Below are positions 25,923 through 34,679 of a DNA stretch of 64,000 bases, one piece after another (the stretch's first letter is position 1; each line of letters opens with the position of its first letter). The DNA comes from an uncultured virus (IMG/VR IMGVR_UViG_3300035698_005334) (Duplodnaviria > Heunggongvirae > Uroviricota > Caudoviricetes): IMG/VR virus record IMGVR_UViG_3300035698_005334; one strand, 5' to 3'. The notes beneath the pieces were generated by a model. The model made no database searches, was not told the DNA's origin, and saw only the letters and a program-made list of their open reading frames with translations. The position numbers were made by a program, and so were the translations under genes.

Positions 25923-26321
25923 CACCGACATAAACTTTGGAGAAAAATTACAAGCCTCGTGCACTGACGCGTCTCTATGTAAAGAAGGTTCCGAGACTGA
26001 GGATCGCGGCCCGCCCGGTTCGTGTGTTCCTTCAATATGGGGCCCCATTATCGTCCTATGCCCTTCGCAGCAGCCACGAGCGCGCGGTACATCGGCGCGA
26101 TGACGAAGCGGACCACGCCGGGCGAGATGAAGCGATCGCCGTTCTCGTCTATTCCCTCTTCACCGTCTCCGATATCCCAGCACGCGGATGCGATGGCGGC
26201 GTTGACCTGCACGACATCGGGATCGTCGGGCACCAGGGACCAACGGAATGCGGCGAGCACTCGCTCGGCATCGGCGGTGGTTGAGGCATCGGCAAGCTCG
26301 GCGAGGATCTCGGCTCGGCTG

Positions 26322-26537
26322 TTATTCATGGTTGCCTGCTTTCTCAGGATAGAACTCGGCGCAGAAGTCGGAGCCGCGAAGGACGGGCCATCGGACGACG
26401 GGATAACCGTACGGCGTGTCGGTAATATCTGACAAGACGGTTGGAGTATGGGGCGTAGGTGCATTGAGGTGGCACTCGACAAAGCCGTCGTTGTGATTGA
26501 CGGGCCTAGACCACTTGCAGTCTTCACATTTCTTCAT
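26322..26537 (-). CDS. Small Cys-rich protein
   Basis: CEDCKW...CHLNAP...WP...DFCAEF. Confidence 0.6.
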   Translation of the reverse strand: MKKCEDCKWSRPVNHNDGFVECHLNAPTPHTPTVLSDITDTPYGYPVVRWPVLRGSDFCAEFYPEKAGNHE

Positions 26538-27253
26538 GGTCGTCTCCTTTTGGTGTGTTGAACCCGGTCACCATAATCTCATCGTGGCGCTTGCGAGCCT
26601 GGGCGTCGGCTTGGTTCTGGATCGTCTGGCATCTGAGTGAGCAGAAGATCGTGTCGGACTTCTTCATCGGCGGGATTGGCAGGTCGCAGCCTGGGCGGGC
26701 GCAGTTCATCGCCAGTATCTCCCACGTTCGAGGGTGCGAAAGATCCCCATCCAGTGCGCGGTTGTGTCCAACATGGAAACAGCAACGCTCTGCAAGCGGC
26801 TCTGAGTGGGCTGTAGGGGTTTGGTCACATTCGTACCGGGACACACCACCACACGCATCAGCGCCTCTCCCTGTGCGGCGATATCGTCGGGATTTGGCTG
26901 ATATTGGCTGGTTTGGGTCATTTGAGGCTCTCCAAGTGGCGGGCGGCGTCATCGAGGGCCTTGTCTCTTGGTCCCCAAGCGTCGGGATCTTCCTTGGCCT
27001 TCAACGAGCGCACGGCGGCGGCGCACTCATCGATCACCAGGGCGCGGCGGAGGGTGGAGTTGCGCCCCATGCGTTCGAGGTGCTGGTCTGGACGTTCTCC
27101 CAGTCTTGGTCATCAACCGTCATCGACGATTCGCCGGGCGGCGCTCCGCACATCGTTCCCATCACTTCACCTCGGCGTGGAGCGGTTCGTTCATCAACCA
27201 GATTGCCAGCACGACAAACGGGGTGAGGATCGCCTCGACTATTCTTCTAACCA

Positions 27254-28222
27254 TCACCTTCTCCTTTTCGGTACGTTGGGCTCCGGCATCACCGGGGCGT
27301 CGTCTGTTGCTCTGCGAAGATGTCCCGGCACGAACCAAGTGGCGAGGATCTCATCGCTCGGCGGATTGTGATCGTGATCGTTCGGCCAGGGATCGACGGA
27401 ACCATCGTCCTTTGCTTGCCACCGCTTTCGTTCGGTCCACGCCCATATCTCCAAATGGATCTTTCGCAGCCAGGGCTCCGTGTTCAGTTTGACCGGGGGA
27501 GAACTCAACGAGGATAGATCGCGGACCAGACCATAGGCGAGCGTCTGTTGCGATACTCCCACTGAAGCGAAGTGCTGGCAGTCAGCCCATACGAAGTCAC
27601 TGGTGCGTGTTCTGGGTGTTGGATCGTTGGGCCATTTCTTCTCTCTGAACTGTAGAAACCATCGATACATCTCTTCCAAATTCTTCTCTTCTTCCCAATT
27701 CAGGATTACGTTTTCGCTCTTTCTTATTGGTTCAGTGTTAAGGTTAGGAAGGCCATCGCTACTCTTATTATCTAGCGTTTGCTCTTGCGTGGGCAGACTT
27801 TCTTTGCTGTAGCGTTTGGCTGGCGTCCGCTTAGGCAACATTGAGCGATTAGAAGCCTTTGCGGTTCCGCCTTTGGACGCATTTTGCCGGTTCACTTCTA
27901 TCTTTGCTGCGACCTTAGCGTGATCCTGTGCTACCCGTTTATGGGACACAAGTCGGGACGAAGTCGGCTTCAAGTCGGGACGAAGTCCGTCTGAAGTCTC
28001 GAAGAAGTGCTCTATCGTCGCCCAAACGCGCCTCCATTGTTTGACGTCCGTACAGCCGACAAGCCGCATGAGCAGCCTTTCGTTGGCGGGGAGCGGGTCA
28101 CCATTTCTCGACCACTGGGCCATCATCAAAAGCAGGTACGCGCCATGCTCCTCAAGCTCCAGTTCCAGTGTGTCCTGTCTATAATCGCCGACCGAGAACG
28201 GCCAGATCGGTGCTTGCGGCAT
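27254..28222 (-). CDS. DUF1376/YdaU-family putative replication initiator
   Basis: PIWPFSVGDYRQDT.EL.LEEHGAYLLLMMAQW N-terminal signature. Confidence 0.85.
   Translation of the reverse strand: MPQAPIWPFSVGDYRQDTLELELEEHGAYLLLMMAQWSRNGDPLPANERLLMRLVGCTDVKQWRRVWATIEHFFETSDGLRPDLKPTSSRLVSHKRVAQDHAKVAAKIEVNRQNASKGGTAKASNRSMLPKRTPAKRYSKESLPTQEQTLDNKSSDGLPNLNTEPIRKSENVILNWEEEKNLEEMYRWFLQFREKKWPNDPTPRTRTSDFVWADCQHFASVGVSQQTLAYGLVRDLSSLSSPPVKLNTEPWLRKIHLEIWAWTERKRWQAKDDGSVDPWPNDHDHNPPSDEILATWFVPGHLRRATDDAPVMPEPNVPKRRR
27949..28009 (+). repeat. Iteron-like 11-bp periodic repeats inside the initiator gene
   Basis: AAGTC at 27950, 27961, 27972, 27983 and 27994, AAGTG at 28005; 17-mer CAAGTCGGGACGAAGTC occurs twice. 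Confidence 0.8.
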
Positions 28223-28225
28223 GTG

Positions 28226-28489
28226 CTAAATTTCCCCGCTCAAGTACGCTTGGACAACCGATTTGTAGGCATCCCTAAACTTCTCAGAGGCCGCGAGGGC
28301 GTCCTTAGCACCCGAAAGCTCCGTTATAAGTCGGTCAATCACAGACCTGTTCTGCAAGCACGAGGGGCTTCCAGGCAATGCTTCACACGCCGCACACTCC
28401 TTAAATTCAAGTGGGCTCGCCTCAAAATCGTGCGTGCGATCAGGTTCGTAGATCTCAAAATTCGTCGGTTTGTGGTCACCTAATGTCAT
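28226..28489 (-). CDS. Hypothetical protein
   Basis: 87-aa ORF with CAAC..PGS..C. Confidence 0.55.
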   Translation of the reverse strand: MTLGDHKPTNFEIYEPDRTHDFEASPLEFKECAACEALPGSPSCLQNRSVIDRLITELSGAKDALAASEKFRDAYKSVVQAYLSGEI

Positions 28490-28673
28490 GATATTTCCCT
28501 TTCCTGTAGTTCGGACCCTTCGCGAGGATCCCGCGCTCGCACATCACCTGCACCACGTATTGTATTAGCCTGCCGGTATGAGGATCGGAGCCGCGAAACT
28601 TCTCGTCCAGATCGTCGAACAGTCGCTCCATTTCTGGATTGAGGTCTATCGGCTCGTCTCTGAATTTAGTCAT
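28476..28673 (-). CDS. Hypothetical protein
   Basis: RBS AAGGAGG; 65 aa. Confidence 0.55.
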   Translation of the reverse strand: MTKFRDEPIDLNPEMERLFDDLDEKFRGSDPHTGRLIQYVVQVMCERGILAKGPNYRKGKYHDIR

Positions 28674-28842
28674 ATGGCGCCACCTCCTTTATTTCCCCAC
28701 CGACTGTCTCGTAAACGTCAGCCCGCCTCTTCGCACGCTTGCAGGCAATTTCCAGGGCTTCGCTATCGGCCGTCAGTTTTACGGCCAATGCATCGAGTCT
28801 CGCGGGATCGGGGGTGAACATGTCTTCTCCTTTGGGTAGGGT

Positions 28843-29448
28843 TTAGGACCGGCCTTTTTTGGCTCTTTCAATCGTCCAAGTGTAGTGAGCGAGTGCGATG
28901 GCATCCGCTTCATTGTCGTCTTTTGGTTTAAAACCGTAGTTCTCAGCGACCGCGACCATGTCTTCTTTCGTGGCATGGCCGTTGTGCGCCCAATGCTTTT
29001 TGATAGCCTCGACTTTGACCTGCCGTATCCACGGTAGCTGCATGTCGTAGACCACCTCTTCCGTCACCGCAGTGAGGCCGAATAGCTTGCGGGCGATAGC
29101 GGCTTCGTTCGCGAATCCTCCGCGTCCCGCCTTATTCTTGCCACCTGTCCGCACAAATGGCGCTTCGTAGACCACGCCGAAAGGCCGCATCACAATGAGC
29201 CGCTCGCGCAACCAGATCCGGTATTCATTGAAGAAGCTGCCAAGGCTGGAATGGGCATTGCCGATTGTCTTCACACCCGACTGATAATTTGCCGGGATGA
29301 TCTGTTGGAGATGCACCTCCCCAACGATGACATTCGACGGGAAATAGCACCAACCCGTCTTGGTGGCGAGGTCGAGCGCCAACAGGCCCGACCTCCCTAC
29401 CCTACGCGGCGTTTGTAGCGTCATGGTGCGCGATTGCCCCCGCTGCAT
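28843..29448 (-). CDS. RuvC-like Holliday junction resolvase
   Basis: LLALDLATKTGW, VVYEAP, GHATKEDMV and DDNEADAIAL catalytic motifs. Confidence 0.85.
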   Translation of the reverse strand: MQRGQSRTMTLQTPRRVGRSGLLALDLATKTGWCYFPSNVIVGEVHLQQIIPANYQSGVKTIGNAHSSLGSFFNEYRIWLRERLIVMRPFGVVYEAPFVRTGGKNKAGRGGFANEAAIARKLFGLTAVTEEVVYDMQLPWIRQVKVEAIKKHWAHNGHATKEDMVAVAENYGFKPKDDNEADAIALAHYTWTIERAKKGRS

Positions 29449-30163
29449 CGATTGAGATCACCGCGTAACCGTCCTCGGTTATCATGTTGATTTTGGTCGC
29501 AAGCTCCTCGTCAAGGATCGAAATACGAGGGACATACGCCTCTTTGTCGTCGAGGATTTGAGACAGCCTATCCTTGGGAATCATGGCCGCATCAAGCGCA
29601 ATGTTGGCCGCAACGCCGTAGGTCAGATACTCGCCGTCATCACCCTGCATCAACAACAACTCACCCGCCCGGCAATGCTCAATGTTGAGATCGCAGTAAC
29701 GGTTATAAAGAGTGTCGGGTAATGCTTGATCTTTTGGCGGTTCTTCTTTGGGCTCCGGGGCCGCTGCTTCTGGTGCTGGGGCGACTTCCACCGGCTTTTT
29801 CTTCGCCGCTGCCGCTGGTTTAGGAGCCGGGGCTGTCGGTTCTGGTTCTGGCTTTGGATCGGCTGCGAACATCTGCCCGGTCTCACCCAGACCCAACGCC
29901 TTGAATGCGATGGATAGGCCCTCTTGGTACGATAACTGAGCGGCCTTGTCCTCCATGCGATGGATGCGCAGCGCGAGATCAAATGTGGGGATGTGGACAC
30001 CGGCATCCTTGAGCCGCTGGCGGACGTCCGCCGCGTCCTTATTGAGGTTCTCGCGAGCGGCCATAATCGGACTCATGTCGTCGCAACATGTCCGGATTAA
30101 CTGTTCGATATCAACGCTGTTGCGTCCGTGATCCGCCTTTAAAACTTTTGCCATTCTGTTCAA
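29402..30163 (-). CDS. GapR/DUF2312-like DNA-binding protein with a C-terminal MutS-domain-I-like region
   Basis: N-terminal ARENLNKDAADVRQRLKDAGVH...LALRIHRMED; Pro/Ala linker; C-terminal LYNRY...LLLMQGD..Y...EDGYAVISID. Confidence 0.55.
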   Translation of the reverse strand: MNRMAKVLKADHGRNSVDIEQLIRTCCDDMSPIMAARENLNKDAADVRQRLKDAGVHIPTFDLALRIHRMEDKAAQLSYQEGLSIAFKALGLGETGQMFAADPKPEPEPTAPAPKPAAAAKKKPVEVAPAPEAAAPEPKEEPPKDQALPDTLYNRYCDLNIEHCRAGELLLMQGDDGEYLTYGVAANIALDAAMIPKDRLSQILDDKEAYVPRISILDEELATKINMITEDGYAVISIDAAGAIAHHDATNAA

Positions 30164-30171
30164 TCTCCTTC

Positions 30172-30203
30172 AAAAAAGGGGGACGGCATTATCCACCGTC
30201 CCC
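30172..30203 (-). terminator. Intrinsic terminator after the Cro-like gene
   Basis: GGGGACGGT-loop-GCCGTCCCC followed by CTTTTTT on the minus strand. Confidence 0.8.
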
Positions 30204-30259
30204 AGTTGCCCAAAGTGCAAGCGAAACGCCTGCTAGACACCGAAATGTCCGTGTGTTTT

Positions 30260-30520
30260 TCAAGATCCATCCTCCTGCGGTACATGGCGGAGCTTGAAAA
30301 AGTCCTGAGGCGTCAGGAAATAATCGCCTGTCGCCTCACCATGTTCGAGCAATTTGATAGCGTCTGCCATGGGTATCATCCCACCGTATCCGCCTGATTT
30401 TCCAATGGGATAGGTGAACTTATGAACGGTAAATCGGTTACGCCCGATAATAGCCGCTGTTCGAATGGCACCACCGACAATGTCGATAACTTGCCTCGCA
30501 TAGGGATAAGGTTCAGTCAT
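30260..30520 (-). CDS. Cro-like HTH regulator
   Basis: ARQVIDIVGGAIRTAAIIGRNRFTVHKF...GGYGGMIP...LTPQDFF; first gene of the leftward arm. Confidence 0.75.
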   Translation of the reverse strand: MTEPYPYARQVIDIVGGAIRTAAIIGRNRFTVHKFTYPIGKSGGYGGMIPMADAIKLLEHGEATGDYFLTPQDFFKLRHVPQEDGS

Positions 30521-30600
30521 ACCACAACATGTAGCATTTAATGCCGTGTCGCAACACGAAACTATTTGCACACTTTACGAAACGGTCGTATGTTTCTCTG
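30521..30600. promoter_or_regulatory. Divergent sigma70-like promoters with operator-like palindromes
   Basis: Plus: TTGCAC(30566)-N17-TATGTT(30589). Minus: TTGCGA(30554)-N17-CATGTT(30531). Palindromes GCATTTAATGC and CGTGTcgcaACACG; ACGAAAC occurs twice. Confidence 0.7.
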
Positions 30601-30624
30601 AGTTAAACGTTTTGGAGAGACGAG

Positions 30625-30894
30625 ATGACCAACACACAGAAGGAATATCAAGTCTTCGCGATGATCGACCGCCGCGACGGTCGTGGAGAAATGGAGTATT
30701 GCCGACATACCGTTACGGCATTCACGGCCATGGCCGCAGTGCGGCAGGCCGACGTCATCCTCCAACAGAACCCCGACCGCGAAGGCATCCGGCTTTCAAC
30801 GGTTGACCACTGGTCCGACGGCACCTGTCCTGGGGAAAAGTGGAACATCAATCACGAAGACGGGCGCTATTCCCTCGAATTAAGGGGCTTGTGA
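30625..30894 (+). CDS. Early hypothetical protein
   Basis: RBS GGAG; first rightward gene. Confidence 0.7.
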   Translation: MTNTQKEYQVFAMIDRRDGRGEMEYCRHTVTAFTAMAAVRQADVILQQNPDREGIRLSTVDHWSDGTCPGEKWNINHEDGRYSLELRGL

Positions 30895-31091
30895 TGGCTG
30901 ACCAGGGCATGACCATCAAGGCCGTTGCAGAAGGCAAATTCCTCCGCCGCAAGGCCGACTCCAAAAAGACCTATGTGCGCGGCAAATATGACCGATCCGA
31001 GAAGCGGTACGAATGCCACGATTGGGACGACATCAGCCGCTCGATGTATCTCAAGGGCGACACTGTCGTCTTCACCGAATTTGAATTTTAG
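30894..31091 (+). CDS. Early hypothetical protein
   Basis: MADQG...YVRGKYDRSEKRYEC...YLKGDT. Confidence 0.7.
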   Translation: MADQGMTIKAVAEGKFLRRKADSKKTYVRGKYDRSEKRYECHDWDDISRSMYLKGDTVVFTEFEF

Positions 31092-31100
31092 GAGCCATTC

Positions 31101-31463
31101 ATGACCAACACACAGCAGACCCCTTGGGGAGCGTCCGAAACGCGGGACGTCATTGTCGACGGTATCACCTTCCATTCGACTGTGAACCATGGCGGGATCG
31201 AACTGTCCGATTCCCGCGTGGCGCAAATGCCGCTGGCGTTTCGCGATACCTACGTTGGGAAACACACGGACTTTCCAGAAGCGCAGCATTGGTATGAGGA
31301 GGATTGCGACTATGCCCGCGTGGTCGTCGTATTCCCTGAGCATTTTCCCTCCGGCATTTACTACCAAGCCTGCGCGTGTCTGGACTCCTGCGCAGAGCGT
31401 GGCGAATTCCCCGCCGATTGGAAAGACCTTCTGGCGGCGCACAAGCGGGAGATGGCGGCATGA
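31101..31463 (+). CDS. DUF7007-like early protein
   Basis: TPWG...GITFHST..HGGIELS...WYEEDCD motif. Confidence 0.65.
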   Translation: MTNTQQTPWGASETRDVIVDGITFHSTVNHGGIELSDSRVAQMPLAFRDTYVGKHTDFPEAQHWYEEDCDYARVVVVFPEHFPSGIYYQACACLDSCAERGEFPADWKDLLAAHKREMAA

Positions 31464-31514
31464 CATCTGCCGTCACCTCGTCACCACCCTCGCAACCGTA
31501 AAGGACGACTAGAC

Positions 31515-31784
31515 ATGAAACCGACAATCACCGAACTGCAAGCAGAGCACGCAGCAGACCCGAAAAAGAAGTTTCGGCACACTGCCCTATCGAGCCGCGT
31601 CTTGGCCGTCCTGAGTGTCGGCCCCGACGGCTGGCGGATGTATGTCGATGCTGTCCCCGGCAAAGACCACGACGTTGAATGGCATCTTGTCGCGAGCCAG
31701 GGCCAGAAGCAGAGAGAGGCCATTGCCCGCGCGATCTTGGAAACGCATTTCTACATCGAAGCCGACGCGGAGTACGTCCTATGA
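31515..31784 (+). CDS. Early hypothetical protein
   Basis: RBS AAGGA; W..YVDAVPG motif. Confidence 0.65.
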   Translation: MKPTITELQAEHAADPKKKFRHTALSSRVLAVLSVGPDGWRMYVDAVPGKDHDVEWHLVASQGQKQREAIARAILETHFYIEADAEYVL

Positions 31785-32098
31785 TGAAGACATCCAGAGC
31801 CCAGCGTGAAGCGCTCAAGCGAGTGTACGACCGGGATTTAGCCGACGCCTTGTCGAACATCATTTACTACTCCGAATTGATCCGAAGAAACGCAGCCGCC
31901 ATCGGATATTCCAAAGAGGACAAGGAAAGCGACCTGTGCGAATTGGATAAGGCCGTCATCGCCTACCGCACCGCGCGCTACCGGACCTACCTCGCGTTCC
32001 GGCGCACCGTCCGTTGCCTGCCGTGCGACGACTGCCTCATCGTGCCCGTTGGATCGATCATGATGGGCATCGAGATCGACGGCTACACCCACACCTGA
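31781..32098 (+). CDS. Early hypothetical protein
   Basis: TSRAQREALKRVYDR...YLAFRR...GIEIDGYTHT. Confidence 0.65.
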   Translation: MMKTSRAQREALKRVYDRDLADALSNIIYYSELIRRNAAAIGYSKEDKESDLCELDKAVIAYRTARYRTYLAFRRTVRCLPCDDCLIVPVGSIMMGIEIDGYTHT

Positions 32099-32109
32099 AG
32101 GATACGATT

Positions 32110-32289
32110 ATGACACTCGACCTAGACGAAGTGATGGAAGCTGCCCAGCGCGACGATTTTACTGGGTTTTGCAGAGCGTGTGGCTACGAGCAGGCAGGCA
32201 TCGAAGCCGACGCACGCAAGGACCAGTGCGACAACTGCCGCAAGCCTCAAGTCTACGGAGCGGAGCAGCTCTGCATCATGCTGATGTGA
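32110..32289 (+). CDS. Small Zn-ribbon protein
   Basis: GFCRACG...EADARK..CDNC...VYGAEQ. Confidence 0.65.
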   Translation: MTLDLDEVMEAAQRDDFTGFCRACGYEQAGIEADARKDQCDNCRKPQVYGAEQLCIMLM

Positions 32290-32378
32290 CCACCGGCACC
32301 CATTCCGGCGCCACCGCCTCGCACGGCTCGACCGTGCGGGGCTTTGGGGTGCAAGCATCAACTCAAATGGAGACGACC

Positions 32379-32657
32379 ATGCCATCATCCAAACATTTCA
32401 GAGTGACGTTCATCCCCGCCAAGCGCGACGGGGCGTTCATCGTTAGTTCATTCACGATGATGGGCGAGGACCTGCCCCGGTACGACATTTTTCACGAGAC
32501 CCTGGACGCGCTAATGGCTGACGTGGAGCGGCTGGGCAAACTTCAGGAGCAGGGCGTCAGCGCCTCAATCCGTTGCATGGAGAAGCGCAAGCCGAATGGC
32601 TTCGATAAACGGACCAAGCGTCTCTACTACAATCTCGAAGACAAGGTGACGGCATGA
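32379..32657 (+). CDS. Early hypothetical protein
   Basis: RBS GGAG before MPSSKHF; preceded by hairpin CCTCGCACGG-CTCGA-CCGTGCGGGG. Confidence 0.65.
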   Translation: MPSSKHFRVTFIPAKRDGAFIVSSFTMMGEDLPRYDIFHETLDALMADVERLGKLQEQGVSASIRCMEKRKPNGFDKRTKRLYYNLEDKVTA

Positions 32658-32884
32658 GCGACACACAGAAGGCCGGAGCGCCAATCGTAACCGAGAACTG
32701 GGGCGTTTTCTGTACCGTCCAGGGCGGAGTCACCGGGTTCCGCCAATCATGGCTCAAGAAGGACGGGATAGTCTGCCGCTTCCACACGGAGATTCCCGCG
32801 ATCGTTCTCGCAAAGAAGATGACCAGCGATCACCGGGGCGGGACGACGCTGTTTACATACGAAGCGAAGGAAATATCGCTATGA
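32654..32884 (+). CDS. Early hypothetical protein
   Basis: Coupled ORF (ATGA). Confidence 0.6.
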   Translation: MSDTQKAGAPIVTENWGVFCTVQGGVTGFRQSWLKKDGIVCRFHTEIPAIVLAKKMTSDHRGGTTLFTYEAKEISL

Positions 32885-33417
32885 GCACGGTTCGCGAACT
32901 GCACGAGATGGAGTGCCCTGAGTGCAAGGAAGATGACGGGATCGACGTCTCGGCAACCGTTGACGTTCGACTCCGGCCCGATGGGTCAGACGCGGACGCT
33001 TCGCGAAATGGCGACACCGAATGGGATAGCAAATCCCCAGCCTCGTGTGAGTGCGGGTACTGCGGGCTTGTCGAGGACTTCAAGATCAAACGGGGGCGTG
33101 ACATGATCGCCGCATACGGTTGGATCATCGATAAAGATCACATTGGTAATGCCGAGGAGTTTGGGGGGAACGAGGCCGGTGTCGTCGGCCCGTCAGATAT
33201 CGCGCGCAACATCCAGGCAACACTTCGCAAGCCGGAGAAGTTTGGCAAGCCGTTCCGAATGCTCGATGACGACGACAACCTCTACTACGAGGGGCGCATC
33301 ATCGGCGGCGAGGACTTCGAGGCTTCCTTCGAGCCGCTCGACGATTTCGGTACGCCCAACGCTGGTTGCACGGACATCCAGTACAAGAGCAAAAACGGCG
33401 AATGGGAGACCATCTGA
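32881..33417 (+). CDS. Early hypothetical two-domain protein
   Basis: N-terminal CPEC..CEC Zn ribbon; C-terminal FRMLDDDDNLYYEG...PLDDFGTPNAGCTDIQY. Confidence 0.65.
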   Translation: MSTVRELHEMECPECKEDDGIDVSATVDVRLRPDGSDADASRNGDTEWDSKSPASCECGYCGLVEDFKIKRGRDMIAAYGWIIDKDHIGNAEEFGGNEAGVVGPSDIARNIQATLRKPEKFGKPFRMLDDDDNLYYEGRIIGGEDFEASFEPLDDFGTPNAGCTDIQYKSKNGEWETI

Positions 33418-33674
33418 TGGCCTTCAAATATCACAGCACCGACAACGGGAATTGCCGCGTTTACTATACCTGTGGTCGGCACCTCTATTGCCACCAACTC
33501 GGCACGCGATGGGGCTTGGAACCGGCAGAGCCGACACCGTTTGAATTCCTCGTTTGCAGCCGGGATGGCGAACCATCTCACAAGACAAAGCCGCTGACGC
33601 CAGTCGAGCAGACCAGGGGCGACGAAACCACGGACTACGAACTGCGGACATGGCTCGCGCGGGAGGCTTCGTGA
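33417..33674 (+). CDS. Early hypothetical protein
   Basis: DNGNCRVYY...CSRDGEPSH. Confidence 0.6.
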   Translation: MAFKYHSTDNGNCRVYYTCGRHLYCHQLGTRWGLEPAEPTPFEFLVCSRDGEPSHKTKPLTPVEQTRGDETTDYELRTWLAREAS

Positions 33675-33841
33675 TGCCCAAAACCGATTGGAACCTGCTC
33701 GTTGCGATCCAGAGCGGCCATAGCCACTGGGCGAACGATCCAAGGTACCCGCCAGAAGATTGGCAGTGCGAAGTGCAAAACGGAGATACAAGACTCGGAT
33801 ACGCCCAGTGGGTTGAGGGGAAAAGGAGTGCCGAGGAGTGA
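33674..33841 (+). CDS. Early hypothetical protein
   Basis: YPPEDWQCEVQNGDTRLGYAQWV. Confidence 0.6.
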   Translation: MPKTDWNLLVAIQSGHSHWANDPRYPPEDWQCEVQNGDTRLGYAQWVEGKRSAEE

Positions 33842-33885
33842 AGGAACGCAATACGTCTGTCTAACCAATTTGAAGGGAATTCAAA

Positions 33886-34074
33886 ATGACGTTCAAACCA
33901 GCACATCCGCCAAAAGTTAGAGAACACATGATCGGGATTAGAGTCGATACCGAAACCCATACCAAGGTGAAACGGTTAGCAAAAAAGAGCAACCTGTCGA
34001 TAGGTGAATTTGCCCGTCAAGCGATGATTTATTCTATCGAAAGCATGGAGGCGTCCGATGCAAAAGCCAACTGA
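33886..34074 (+). CDS. Ribbon-helix-helix DNA-binding protein
   Basis: MIGIRVDTETHTKVKRLAKKSNLSIGEFARQAM. Confidence 0.75.
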   Translation: MTFKPAHPPKVREHMIGIRVDTETHTKVKRLAKKSNLSIGEFARQAMIYSIESMEASDAKAN

Positions 34075-34246
34075 AACAGCCCGCCCGTGCAAGTGCTACA
34101 ACTGCGACAAGATCACGGCAGAGGACGAACTGAAAACCATCGTCCGGTATCACGAGCGCGTTCAGCCGGGAGACACTGGCGTACCTGCCGGAGAGTGCCC
34201 GGCGTGCGGCTGTCTCGCCTATGTCGTCGAACGGGAAATGGCATGA
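34058..34246 (+). CDS. Small Zn-ribbon protein
   Basis: CYNC...ERVQPG...PAGECPACG. Confidence 0.6.
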   Translation: MQKPTETARPCKCYNCDKITAEDELKTIVRYHERVQPGDTGVPAGECPACGCLAYVVEREMA

Positions 34247-34356
34247 CGAAGTGAGAGGACAGATAGAACTCCTAAAGTGCCTCCTACTCGCCTTGGCCGG
34301 AACTGGCGTTCTTTACTCCATTAGCGTTCATTACTTCACCTGAAGGGAGACAGACA

Positions 34357-34530
34357 ATGGAAGACGAACATCTAGGCGACGGCGTCTACGCATCATTCGA
34401 TGGCGTGCAAATATGGTTGGCCTCGAACCACCACGAAAACAAGGTGATCGCGATTGAGCCGTCGGTCATGGACGCCTTAATCAATTACGCCATTCGCGCG
34501 GGAATGCTTCTGACGGTGGAAAAGCCATGA
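34357..34530 (+). CDS. Small hypothetical protein (57 aa)
   Basis: Manual translation MEDEHLGDGVYASFDGVQIWL...; RBS GGGAG. Confidence 0.6.
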   Translation: MEDEHLGDGVYASFDGVQIWLASNHHENKVIAIEPSVMDALINYAIRAGMLLTVEKP

Positions 34531-34679
34531 ACCTATTTTTCGTTCGAATTAGCCTTCTCTTCATGGTCCCAATCGCGGCAATAGGGATCGTCATAATCGG
34601 GCTCTTCGTAGATATTTTCGATATCGGTCGCAGCCTTCGCTCGATGATGGCTCAAGCTGAAATAACTTGGAGAGGTTGA
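34527..34679 (+). CDS. Small membrane protein
   Basis: Manual translation MNLFFVRISLLFMVPIAAIGIVIIGLFVDIF...; coupled on both sides. Confidence 0.5.
   Translation: MNLFFVRISLLFMVPIAAIGIVIIGLFVDIFDIGRSLRSMMAQAEITWRG

Noticed and set aside
27770..27860. Second degenerate repeat set (TAGCGTTTG twice) in the initiator gene
   Set aside because: Too degenerate to call separately from the clear AAGTC array
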